NCBI GenBank assembly: GCA_963525415.1
Contig: CAURIY010000005.1
Span: 54,441-118,440, forward strand
Length of the DNA stretch: 64,000 nt
Direction: 5' to 3'
Origin: an uncultured Actinomyces sp.
GTDB lineage: Bacteria; Actinomycetota; Actinomycetes; Actinomycetales; Actinomycetaceae
The stretch's first letter is position 1. Each line of letters starts with the position of its first letter. Below are positions 39,558 through 48,850 of the stretch, piece after piece. The position numbers and the translations under genes were made by a program. The notes beneath the pieces were generated by a model. It was not told the DNA's origin, made no database searches, and was given only the letters and a program-made list of their open reading frames with translations.

Positions 39558-40471
39558 AGGGCGCCTCCTTGGGCGGGAGCCTGCGTCGTCGCGGCTGCAT
39601 TTTGTACGGACTGGACGATGAGTCCGTCGCGCATGTGGATGGTGTGGGGCAGGCGAGCGGCAACACCGGGGTCGTGGGTGACGAGGACGAGGGTTGCACC
39701 CGTGGCCGCGCAGGCCTGGGTGAGCACCTGCATGACCTCGGCTCCCGTGGCCTGGTCGAGGGCACCGGTGGGTTCGTCTGCAAACACGACCTGCGGGTTA
39801 GTGACGAGCGCTCGACCAATGGCGACGCGCTGAGCCTGTCCGCCGGAGAGCTGTCCGGGACGGTAGGGGCCGGCTCCCTGGAGTCCCAGGTTGGCCAGGA
39901 TCTGCTGGGCGTGGGCGATTGCCTCACGTTTGGGGGTTCCCGCCAGCATGAGCGGCATGGCGATATTTTCCTGGCAGGGAAGTTCGGGCAGAAGCTGTCC
40001 GTCTTGGAAAACGAATCCGAAGTTGCGCAGGCGCATCTGGGAAAGGCGTTTTTCGGAAAGTCCGGTGATGTCCTGACCACCAATGGTGATGGTGCCCGAG
40101 GTGGGGCGCAGGATTCCGGCCAGGCAGTGGAGGAGTGTGGTTTTGCCACAGCCGGAGGGACCCATGATGGCCAGTTGGCTTCCCTGCGGCAGGGTGAGGT
40201 TGACTCCGGCGAGCGCGTTCACGGCAACTCCGCCGCGCTGGTAGGTTTTCGTCAGTCCGCGCGCCAGGATTCCGTCAGTTCCGGGGATGCCGGGCATCTG
40301 GGGCACCTGTCCCTGGGGTGCTGTTCCCATGGGCGAGGCGGAGGTTGCGCCTGCGAGCATCTGCCCTTGGGTGTTTGTAGTGAACAGAGGAACGTTACCG
40401 GGTGCGCCGTTCTGTGAGGGTGTCGCGTATCCCTGGGTGGGCTGGTACTGGGGCTGAGGCGTGGTTGTCAT
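39554..40471 (-). CDS. ABC ATP-binding protein (LolD/MacB type) with Q/P-rich N-terminal extension
   Basis: GPSGCGKTT, FGFVFQ, LSGGQ, FADEPTGALD, VTHD. Confidence 0.92.
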   Translation of the reverse strand: MTTTPQPQYQPTQGYATPSQNGAPGNVPLFTTNTQGQMLAGATSASPMGTAPQGQVPQMPGIPGTDGILARGLTKTYQRGGVAVNALAGVNLTLPQGSQLAIMGPSGCGKTTLLHCLAGILRPTSGTITIGGQDITGLSEKRLSQMRLRNFGFVFQDGQLLPELPCQENIAMPLMLAGTPKREAIAHAQQILANLGLQGAGPYRPGQLSGGQAQRVAIGRALVTNPQVVFADEPTGALDQATGAEVMQVLTQACAATGATLVLVTHDPGVAARLPHTIHMRDGLIVQSVQNAAATTQAPAQGGAL

Positions 40472-40545
40472 GTAGATATCCTCGCCTCTGGGGTGCGCGC
40501 CCTACTATTGGGTGCTTCCCCCATTCGCCCCTGAGACGTCCCCGA

Positions 40546-40568
40546 CGGGTGTCAGGGACTGACACCCG
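40546..40568. promoter_or_regulatory. Inverted repeat upstream of the ABC pair (operator or terminator)
   Basis: CGGGTGTCAG-gga-CTGACACCCG. Confidence 0.4.
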
Positions 40569-40672
40569 GGACAGTGGGAATTCCCTCCGTTGAATGGGCT
40601 GCACCGTGTTCCGCATCCAAGGCTCGTGTCGAGGAGCGGACGATGAGTTCCGGCATAAAGGCAACGTGGGGA

Positions 40673-40720
40673 GCCGCTCTCGATATCGTCAATACGCCGA
40701 CGAATCTCGTCCTGCCATGC
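40673..40720 (-). pseudogene. Remnant of an addiction-module antitoxin (PF09720/TIGR02574-like)
   Basis: Encodes AWQDEIRRRIDDIESG within ORF 40505-40822. The flanking sequence does not look family-like. Confidence 0.5.
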
Positions 40721-40861
40721 TGGATGAAATCCCACGCTCTCTACCAGCGCAGCATGTTCAACCCGATGAGTACCTTCCTCAACGAGCACACCCTCATCCA
40801 CCTGAACACTCTGCGTCGGCATACCCCCACCCTACGCCACCCTTCTCAGCATCTCGAGAGC

Positions 40862-40895
40862 TCATCCACAATCTGTGGAAAAGTCCTGTGAATAT
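40862..40895. promoter_or_regulatory. Small DnaA-box cluster
   Basis: TCATCCACA-atc-TGTGGAAAA-gtcc-TGTGAATAT. Confidence 0.55.
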
Positions 40896-41076
40896 GGGGA
40901 TATTCGTCTGTACGCACCCGCACTCCGCGCGCATCCCCACTCACGCACCCACCGCCTCGCCACGAGAAGCCCAGCGGGTATCCTGAGAAAGAAAATCCCC
41001 TACAGCACCGCGTGCACACACGGGAGGACGCGCCGTCGCGCACTCACCGAACACGCGCATCCCCCGAGGAGGCCAC

Positions 41077-41775
41077 ATGTTTTATCCGACCCAGCACTGG
41101 GAACAAATCCTCGGAATCCTCCTGGCGCTCGTGCTCTCCTCCATGATCGGCCTCGAACGCCAATCCCGAGGTAAAAGCGCAGGCCTGCGCACAGACGCCA
41201 TCGTCGGCATGACCTCCGCTCTCCTCATGGTCATCAGCAAATACGGGTTCATGGATGTCCTCGCCGCAGACCTCGTCCGCCTCGACCCCTCACGCGTGGC
41301 CGCGCAGATCGTGTCCGGCATTGGCTTCCTCGGCGCGGGCATCATCCTGACCCGCAGCGGAGCCGTCCGAGGCCTCACCACCGCCGCCACCGTCTGGGAA
41401 ACCGCGGGAATCGGCATGGCCTGCGGTGCTGGACTGTGGCTGGCCGGCATCGCCGTCACCGTCATGCACTTCATCGTCGTCTTCGCCCTCACACCCCTGG
41501 CTCGACGCATCGGCCCCCAGCGTTCGCGCGACACCATCGTCCTCGAAGTCGTTTACGAAAGCGGGCAGGGCGTCATGCGCCGCGTCATCAATGCCATGAC
41601 CGAAGCCAAGTGGAACGTCGGCCAGGTGCGCTCCGACAGCGACGGCGGCAAAGGTCACGCCTACATCGAAACCCGCACGGGTGAACGCCTGGGGCTTCCC
41701 GCGCTCATCGCCGCAATTTCCGACCTGCCCGGCGTGAAGTCCGTCGAGGAATCGGATCTCCACGACGTGGACTGA
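41077..41775 (+). CDS. MgtC/SapB family protein
   Basis: IGLERQ..GKSAGLRT, DPSRVAAQIVSGIGFLGAGII, GLTTAATVW, and a C-terminal ACT-like domain. Confidence 0.92.
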   Translation: MFYPTQHWEQILGILLALVLSSMIGLERQSRGKSAGLRTDAIVGMTSALLMVISKYGFMDVLAADLVRLDPSRVAAQIVSGIGFLGAGIILTRSGAVRGLTTAATVWETAGIGMACGAGLWLAGIAVTVMHFIVVFALTPLARRIGPQRSRDTIVLEVVYESGQGVMRRVINAMTEAKWNVGQVRSDSDGGKGHAYIETRTGERLGLPALIAAISDLPGVKSVEESDLHDVD

Positions 41776-42009
41776 CGAGGTGACACTCCGCCTCATCCGC
41801 GCCCTGCCTCCTCGGGAAACTCCCCTCACGCGCACGTAGCTCCGCGCGATCCTTCTGCGCGGAGAACGATTCCCCATCCACAGCCCCGCCTCGTCACTCC
41901 CACTCCACCCGCGCACCCATACAGACGCAGAATTCGGCACACTACGGCCAGAACATGGCACACTTAGGGGGTGCGCACTGAGGGGTGCGCCAATCAGAAA
42001 GGCCGATCA

Positions 42010-43281
42010 ATGACTGAACAGGGAAATTCGCAGGGGAACCGACTCGACCCGTGGTTTGACGCCTACGCCGAGCGAGCTCACAACCTGCGAGCTTCCGAGA
42101 TTCGCGCCCTCTTCTCCGTCGTCTCACGCCCCGAAGTTGTCTCTCTGGCCGGCGGCATGCCCAACCTCAAAGACCTGCCGCTGGAATCCCTGGCGGAAAC
42201 CGCGAAAAACCTCATTTTGAGCAGCGGTGCCCAGGCGCTCCAATACGGTTCCGGCCAGGGCTGGGAACCGTTGCGTGAGCAGCTTGCGGAGATTATGACC
42301 TACGACGGCATCATCAACGCCGACCCGGACAACATCGTCATCACCACCGGCTCCCAGCAGGCCCTCGACCTCATGGCCGAGCTCTTCATCAACGCCGGAG
42401 ATGTCGTCCTGGCGGAATCCCCCTCCTATGTGGGCGCACTCGGATGTTTCCGCGCACGCCAAGCCGACGTCGTTCACGTCGACATGGACGCCGACGGTCT
42501 CATCCCCGAGGCGCTGGAAGCCACCATCCGCGACCTGAAGAAGGCCGGACGCGCGGTGAAGTTCCTCTACACCATCCCCAACTACCAGAACCCCGCGGGC
42601 GTCACCCTGTCCCTGGAACGCCGTCCCCGCATCGCAGAGATCTGCATGCGCGAGCACGTCCTCATCCTGGAGGACAACCCCTACGGGCTGCTGGGCTTCG
42701 ACTCCGACCCGCTGCCCGCCATCCACTCCTGGGCGCCGGAAGGGGTCGTCTACCTGGGCTCCGTTTCCAAAATGTTCGCTCCCGGCATGCGTATCGGGTG
42801 GGCACTCGCCCCCCACGCCATCCGTAACAAGCTGATTTTGGCGTCGGAAGCCGCGATCCTCTCCCCCGGTATGTTCGGCCAAATGTTCCTCTCCCAGTAC
42901 CTGGCGGACTACGACTGGTACGGCCAGGTCAAGGTCTACCGCGCGATGTACGCCGAACGCTGCCGCACGATGCTCGACTCCCTGGCCGAGTACATGCCGG
43001 ACTGCTCGTGGACCACCCCCACCGGCGGCTTCTACACCTGGGTGACCCTCCCCGAGGGGCTGGATGCCAAGTCGATGCTCCCCCGCGCCGTGAAAGCACA
43101 GGTCGCCTACGTCTCCGGCACCGCGTTCTACTATGACGGCCGCGGTGCCGACCACATGCGCTTGTCCTTCTGTTACCCGACCCCGGAACGCATCCGCGAA
43201 GGCGTTCGCCGCCTCGCGGGCGTCGTCAACGCCGAAAAAGAACTGGTGGAAATGTTCGGTACTGCCCCGACGGAAAACTGA
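42010..43281 (+). CDS. PLP-dependent class I aminotransferase (LysN/MocR-like)
   Basis: SLAGGMP, TTGSQQAL, YTIPNYQNPAG, EDNPY, GSVSKMFAPGMRIGW. Confidence 0.92.
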   Translation: MTEQGNSQGNRLDPWFDAYAERAHNLRASEIRALFSVVSRPEVVSLAGGMPNLKDLPLESLAETAKNLILSSGAQALQYGSGQGWEPLREQLAEIMTYDGIINADPDNIVITTGSQQALDLMAELFINAGDVVLAESPSYVGALGCFRARQADVVHVDMDADGLIPEALEATIRDLKKAGRAVKFLYTIPNYQNPAGVTLSLERRPRIAEICMREHVLILEDNPYGLLGFDSDPLPAIHSWAPEGVVYLGSVSKMFAPGMRIGWALAPHAIRNKLILASEAAILSPGMFGQMFLSQYLADYDWYGQVKVYRAMYAERCRTMLDSLAEYMPDCSWTTPTGGFYTWVTLPEGLDAKSMLPRAVKAQVAYVSGTAFYYDGRGADHMRLSFCYPTPERIREGVRRLAGVVNAEKELVEMFGTAPTEN

Positions 43282-43293
43282 TCGGAGGACACC

Positions 43294-44283
43294 GTGCCCA
43301 CCACCGCCTCGTCCCTGCCCTCCCCTTCCGCGTCACCCCAGGAGGAACCCATGCGCGTTCTCATCATTGCCGGCGGCCTCACCCACGAGCGCGACGTCTC
43401 CGTGCGCAGCGGTCGCCGCGTCGCCAACTCCCTGGCCACCCAGGGTTTCGAGGTGCAGGTCGTCGATTTTGACCAGAACCTCCCCGACGTCGTGCGCAGC
43501 TTTGCGCCGGACGTGGTGTGGCCGCTGGTGCACGGATCTATCGGCGAGGACGGTTCTCTGCAGACCCTCCTGGAGTCCTTCGGCGTGCGCTACGTGGGCT
43601 CGACCCCCGCGCAGGCGATGCTGGCCACCCACAAGCCCACGGCAAAAGCCCTGGTGGGGGCGGCGGGAATCGACACTCCCGGGTGGGTGACTTTCCCGCA
43701 GCTGCTCTTCCGCCAGCTGGGGGCTCAGCGCGTCCTGTCGGCCATCGAGCCGTCGCTGACCTTCCCCCTGGTGATTAAGCCCAGCTCCGGAGGCTCCGCA
43801 CTGGGGATGTCGCGGGCAACTGACAGCGCGGAGCTGCGTTCCGCGATGGTGGATGCCTTCGCCTACGACGAGCACGTCATGATCGAACGCTTCATCAAGG
43901 GACGTGACATTGCCGTGTCTGTTCTCGATCTGGAGGACGGCCCGTGTGCGCTGCCCCCGGTGGAGATCACCACGGATACGGGAAATTACGACTACGAGGC
44001 ACGCTACACCACGGATTCGGCCTCCTACTTCGTCCCTGCACGTTTGACCGAGGATGAGCTTGCAGACGTGCAAGCCGCGGCTCTGCAGATTCACGCGCTC
44101 CTGGGCTTGCGCGACCTCTCGCGCATCGACTTCGTCCTTGACGGAAACGGGAACTGCTGGTTCATCGACGCCAATGTCTCCCCCGGTATGACGGATACCT
44201 CGCTCTTCCCGCAGGCAGCGGATGCCGAGGGTTCCTTCGACGAGGTGTGTGCGGCGATCGTCCGCTACGTTGCGTCGCGCTGA
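43294..44283 (+). CDS. D-Ala-D-Ala ligase family ATP-grasp protein
   Basis: GGLTHERDVSVRSG, VHGSIGEDG, KPSSGGSALG, YDYEARY, SRIDF, DANVSPGMT. Confidence 0.85.
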   Translation: MPTTASSLPSPSASPQEEPMRVLIIAGGLTHERDVSVRSGRRVANSLATQGFEVQVVDFDQNLPDVVRSFAPDVVWPLVHGSIGEDGSLQTLLESFGVRYVGSTPAQAMLATHKPTAKALVGAAGIDTPGWVTFPQLLFRQLGAQRVLSAIEPSLTFPLVIKPSSGGSALGMSRATDSAELRSAMVDAFAYDEHVMIERFIKGRDIAVSVLDLEDGPCALPPVEITTDTGNYDYEARYTTDSASYFVPARLTEDELADVQAAALQIHALLGLRDLSRIDFVLDGNGNCWFIDANVSPGMTDTSLFPQAADAEGSFDEVCAAIVRYVASR

Positions 44284-44296
44284 TCTTCTTCACTGA

Positions 44297-44347
44297 CGAG
44301 GCGGAGCCTCCCGCGGTGGTTTACCACCCCGTGGGATCTCCGCCTCG
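44297..44347. terminator. Long hairpin between the convergent Ddl-like and AAA genes
   Basis: CGAGGCGGAG...CTCCGCCTCG enclosing a second imperfect stem. Confidence 0.55.
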
Positions 44348-44368
44348 CGGTGTATGCAACGGCGGCGC

Positions 44369-47300
44369 TTAGCGCGCGAACTGCTGCAACACCTCGTCGC
44401 GAATGGTCTTCAATTCCGAGGGGTCGATACTGTCCATGACATGATCGACGATCCAGCCCTTGTGGGCGGCCTGGATGCTTTCGCTCAGGTTTCGCGCCCA
44501 TCGCGCGTTGGAACGATTGTCCGATTTTTCATGTTCATACAAATCCGTGACAATGTCACGCAAGAGCTGTTCGTTAAATACCCAGTTCTTCCGCAGCATT
44601 GCAGCGGTGATCGTCGCAATTTCGTCCGGCGTATAGTCCGGGAACACGATGCGGTGCGGGATGCGCGACCGCAGCCCCGGGTTCTGATCGAGGAACTCTT
44701 CCATCGGTTCCGTATATCCCGCAAAGATCGCGACAAAGCTGGAACGCTGGTTTTCCAAAGCCGTCAGGAGAGTTTCGATGGCCTGAGCACCGAAATCATT
44801 CTCGCTACGCGCCGTCGCCAGCTGATAGGCCTCGTCCACAAAGAGCACGCCACCCATGGCCTCGTCGAGGATGCGTCCCGTCTGAGCTTCTGTGTGTCCG
44901 ATGTAGCGTCCCACCATGTCGCGGCGAGTCGCTGTTTTCACCGTGGGTTTTTCGAGGATTCCCAGAGCCGAGAAAAGCTGAGCAACAATCTGGGCAACCG
45001 TTGTTTTTCCCGTACCGGGATTGCCCAAGAAGAGCATGTGGTGGGTGGGATTTTCCTGAACAAGGTGGCCGGCCTGCGCGAGTTTCTGGTCTGCTTGCAC
45101 CTGTTTGACCAGACTGTTGACGTAGGTTTTCACCGATTCCAAGCCGATGAGTCCCTCCAGTTGATCCAGAAGTTCCTGGATGCGCTGGGAAGATTCTTCC
45201 TGCTTTCCTCCGGCAAATTCGTACAGGTAGTCGTCGGTGATGACATCGGGAGCAATGCTCGGATTTTCCGCGAAATGCGTGATGATAATTTTCAGGAGTT
45301 CTTGGTTCTGGTTCCGGATCCAGCGACCGTTCGAATGATCGCTGCTACGCGCATATTTCTGCCGAATGATGTCACTGTAGAGCTCGCGGTTGAACTGATG
45401 CGTCTTACCGAGCATCGCGCAGCCGATGGCGGCAATTTCGTCGGGCGAGTAGTCCTCAAAGTCGAAGGTATTGGCGATACGCGAGGACATTCCGGGGTTC
45501 ATTCCCAGGAAGTCCTGCATTTTATCTCGGTATCCCGCGAAGATCACGACGATATTGTCGCGGTGATCTTCCATGAATTTCAGGATCGTATCGACGGCTT
45601 CTTGGCCGAAGGAATTCCCCTTTTCCGAATAGAGGGCGTACGCCTCGTCAATGAAGAGCACCCCTCCCAGGGCGTCCTCGCATACTTTCTTCGTTTTCGT
45701 CGGGGTTTCACTGACGTGCGCCGACACCAGGTCTTCTTGGCTGACTTCTTTCAGGTAGTCGCGTTCGATGACGCCACCCTCATAGAGAGCGCGAGCCAGG
45801 AGGCGTGCAACCGTGGTTTTACCCGTCCCCGGGTTCCCGAGGAACATGGAGTGCAGCGACATTTCGACGCCGTCGCGTCCGCGTTCCGCCATGGCTTTGT
45901 TGTACTGCACCAGCCCCATGAAGGTTCGAATTTGTTCCTTCACTTTTTGCAGTCCGATCAGCTGATCGAGTTCTGCCAGAGCATCGGACGAGGCGGAGTC
46001 CTCCTCTGCTCGAGACGTTTCACTAGCAGGTGGTGCGTAGCCCTCACCGCTGTCACCTTCTGTATGCGAAGGGGTGGGCTCGGGGGTGCCGTCGCTGTTT
46101 CCCTGAAGGTAGTTTCCCTCCGGGTCGACCACTACGGCGCTGTCATCGATAAAACCTTCGGAGTCACCGTCGAATTCGATAGATGTTTCCGATGCGTCGA
46201 TACGCCGAAGCGTCAGGTGGCTGCGCGTTGTTCTGGCAGAAAAACGAGTTTCTATCGCGCGGACGTGCTCAACATCGACAAAGCCGTCCTCATCGACCAT
46301 GAAGGCGTAGTAGCCCTCCTCAGGAGGATTGTGGGTCAGAATCCCCGTGGAGTCGAGGCGACCGCCGGTCACCGCCACATAGGTCAGTGTTCCGTCGTGC
46401 AGCCTCACACGACCACCTTCGTGAACACGGAGAGTTCCCACATCGCTGGAAGAAGCCTCGAGAACGCCGCCCTCCCCGATGCCAATTGCATAGTCTCCCA
46501 TGGGAGCACTGGTCATCAGTGTCGTGTGTTCCATGGCGAGGTGTCCACCGTCGGCCACCCACATTGCCCAGCAGTTCCCGCAATCACTGCTGTCGAGGAC
46601 CACCGACGAGGTGCTGACTTTCGCGTGCTGTAGTGCGCGTAGAAGGTTGTGCTCCTCGACGGGGGTACGCTCAATATCCGGTGCCTTCGCAGTTTCACCG
46701 GGGAAGATCACGGCGTGGGGGGAGTAATCTGCCAGGTTGCGCGGGAGCCTGCTACGCGTGGTCATGTACAGGTTCGACAGCGTATATTCGCCTTCTTCAC
46801 TGTACCGAAGGTTTGCGGCAAGGACGCTCCCTCGTCCGTTTCCTCGGATATTCCACGAGGCATCTTCCATTCCCGGGATCACGTACAGTCCGTTCTGGAG
46901 AACTAGGGTATCGCCGGGTTTGAGCTGTTCGCGAATTGCTGGCCATGCCTCTGCGCCGGTCTGTCCGGGGGTATTCGGCCATACGATGTCGCGGGGCGCG
47001 CGTATTTTTTCGGGGTCGTGGATTGAGAAATTGGGATCGTCGCTCTGAGCCTTTCCGCCTTCCGTGACATAGGCAGTCATGCGGACATCTGTTCCTGCGT
47101 GGACAGCACCCAGTGATCCGATACGTACGAAGCTGTCGGATACAAAGATTTCTGTCGCGGGATCTGTGAGGTCAACGTGGCTGAGTTCCACGACGGATTC
47201 TTCGCAGATCATCATGGCGCGTTTACCCTCGAAGCTTGTTGCTGCGAGGGGGCCGCCCTGAAGACGCGATTTTTTCTCGAGTCGGATCATCGATACTGTT

Positions 47301-47812
47301 GAATGATCAATATATGCGCTGCTGTTCTGCATCAGGACGGTTTCACATACGGTGCCCGCCAGGTGGATCTGCGATTTCTCGCCGGCTTTGAGCGCCCACC
47401 CATAGCTGTTTTCCTCCAGTCGTGCGGCGCGTATGAGCGATCTGGTGGCGTTCACTGTTCCCTGTTCGATGTAGACACCGACCTTTTTCCCCGCGGGATC
47501 CGGGCAAATCTCCACATTTTTAAACGAGAATGAGGCTTCGACGTGACTGGCGCTCACGGCGCATTTGTAGGGAGGGGAAATGAGCGTGAGGTTTTCAAGG
47601 GTGATGGTGTTGCGCACCCGAAAGGAGGTTTTGAGAACAACATCTCCGCGCGTCTCTCCATTGCCGCAGATATTGAGGTCGATGATGACCAGCTCCTCGG
47701 GGAGCTGGTATTCTCCGGGATCCAGTACGAGGGTGTCGCCATTTTTGGCGCTCTCGAGCGCTTTCAGGAAAGGTTTTTTCAGAAAGCCTGTCCCCACGCC
47801 AATTGTGCTCAC
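44369..47812 (-). CDS. Large ATPase: two beta-helix-like N-terminal repeats plus two SpoVK/CbbX/EccA-type AAA+ domains
   Basis: Two copies each of FLGNPGTGKTTVA, GGVLF(I/V)DEAY, IFAGY and NPG.(S/R)SRI. N-terminal repeats start with KNGDTLVLDPGEY and KPGDTLVLQNGLY. Confidence 0.88.
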   Translation of the reverse strand: MSTIGVGTGFLKKPFLKALESAKNGDTLVLDPGEYQLPEELVIIDLNICGNGETRGDVVLKTSFRVRNTITLENLTLISPPYKCAVSASHVEASFSFKNVEICPDPAGKKVGVYIEQGTVNATRSLIRAARLEENSYGWALKAGEKSQIHLAGTVCETVLMQNSSAYIDHSTVSMIRLEKKSRLQGGPLAATSFEGKRAMMICEESVVELSHVDLTDPATEIFVSDSFVRIGSLGAVHAGTDVRMTAYVTEGGKAQSDDPNFSIHDPEKIRAPRDIVWPNTPGQTGAEAWPAIREQLKPGDTLVLQNGLYVIPGMEDASWNIRGNGRGSVLAANLRYSEEGEYTLSNLYMTTRSRLPRNLADYSPHAVIFPGETAKAPDIERTPVEEHNLLRALQHAKVSTSSVVLDSSDCGNCWAMWVADGGHLAMEHTTLMTSAPMGDYAIGIGEGGVLEASSSDVGTLRVHEGGRVRLHDGTLTYVAVTGGRLDSTGILTHNPPEEGYYAFMVDEDGFVDVEHVRAIETRFSARTTRSHLTLRRIDASETSIEFDGDSEGFIDDSAVVVDPEGNYLQGNSDGTPEPTPSHTEGDSGEGYAPPASETSRAEEDSASSDALAELDQLIGLQKVKEQIRTFMGLVQYNKAMAERGRDGVEMSLHSMFLGNPGTGKTTVARLLARALYEGGVIERDYLKEVSQEDLVSAHVSETPTKTKKVCEDALGGVLFIDEAYALYSEKGNSFGQEAVDTILKFMEDHRDNIVVIFAGYRDKMQDFLGMNPGMSSRIANTFDFEDYSPDEIAAIGCAMLGKTHQFNRELYSDIIRQKYARSSDHSNGRWIRNQNQELLKIIITHFAENPSIAPDVITDDYLYEFAGGKQEESSQRIQELLDQLEGLIGLESVKTYVNSLVKQVQADQKLAQAGHLVQENPTHHMLFLGNPGTGKTTVAQIVAQLFSALGILEKPTVKTATRRDMVGRYIGHTEAQTGRILDEAMGGVLFVDEAYQLATARSENDFGAQAIETLLTALENQRSSFVAIFAGYTEPMEEFLDQNPGLRSRIPHRIVFPDYTPDEIATITAAMLRKNWVFNEQLLRDIVTDLYEHEKSDNRSNARWARNLSESIQAAHKGWIVDHVMDSIDPSELKTIRDEVLQQFAR

Positions 47813-48091
47813 AGCAATACCTCATCTTCTCTGCGCCTCAATGTCTCCCATTGTAGGTTGCTCAATAAGACTGAGGTAAGCTCCTACCGTCATATGCGCT
47901 CGTATTGTCCCGGGTTTTCCCGCTCAGAGGAGGGGGTGGGACGAAACATTCGGGAGACAAGCTGGGTGCGTTATGCGTCAGGTAGATGGGAAAGCAGAAC
48001 TCTACGGGGCGACATACTGCGTGCAGCTACTTGCAACTGCGCGTCCATCCTTATCTTGTGCGGGTGGACAGTTCCGGCGCCTCGCGAGGTC

Positions 48092-48730
48092 TCAGTGCGT
48101 CAGAATTCCTCGCTGAAGGAGTTCGTGGCGGGCTTCAGTGGCATCGGTCCAGGCAAGGGTCTGCATTCCCACAAGCTCTGCGGCTCGCAGGTTGGGCTGA
48201 CGGTCTTCAATGAACAGAACGTTTTCTGCCGGATATCCCACCTGGGCAAGAGCCTCGCGATAGATGGCTCGATGAGGCTTTGAGACACGAATATCGCTGG
48301 AGAAAATCAGGGGGCCGTTACAGTGCTGTGCCCAGGGACTGTGTCGGACAACGTCTGCCAGAGCCGACGGTGAGTTCGCGAGGATTCCCACGGGATAGCC
48401 GGCTTCCCTCAGTTCTGCAATGAGATTCAGAGCTTCTTCATCGGGGTGCTTCATGCGTTCAGCATCTTGCTCCACAAGCACCTGCACTTGCTGGTCGGTC
48501 AGTTCGCCCAGGCCGCAGTCACCGGCAATGCAATCCCAAAATTCGCGATCGGAGCACCCGTCATCGTAGGCATCACGGTGTGCCCAAATAGCGCGATCCA
48601 CAAGATCAATGTGGTGTTCTTCAACAGAAAGACCCAATACGGACAGCACCTCACGAGGATCTGGACGCTGCGTAATAAGTACGCCGCCAAGATCGCAAAG
48701 GACTGCACAAACTGTTGTATCGGTTGACAT
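48092..48730 (-). CDS. HAD family hydrolase (subfamily IA)
   Basis: CDLGGVL motif I, SKPH..IY, FIEDR..N..AA..VGM. Confidence 0.85.
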   Translation of the reverse strand: MSTDTTVCAVLCDLGGVLITQRPDPREVLSVLGLSVEEHHIDLVDRAIWAHRDAYDDGCSDREFWDCIAGDCGLGELTDQQVQVLVEQDAERMKHPDEEALNLIAELREAGYPVGILANSPSALADVVRHSPWAQHCNGPLIFSSDIRVSKPHRAIYREALAQVGYPAENVLFIEDRQPNLRAAELVGMQTLAWTDATEARHELLQRGILTH

Positions 48731-48834
48731 CTTTCTTCCTTACTGCCTGCCTCAATTCTGTCCTATCCCCCCATAAGGGCCAAAGGAGATGTCTCACACG
48801 CATTGCTACTGAGAGGCTCACAGTACGTTTCGAG

Positions 48835-48850
48835 TGTTTCACGTGAAACA
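48835..48850. promoter_or_regulatory. parS: parS site
   Basis: Perfect TGTTTCACGTGAAACA. Confidence 0.92.

Noticed and set aside
44354..46633. Long antisense ORFs (759 aa here; also 8012-9805, 36037-37554, 62740-63963)
   Set aside because: Shadow frames of real high-GC genes, with no recognisable motifs.
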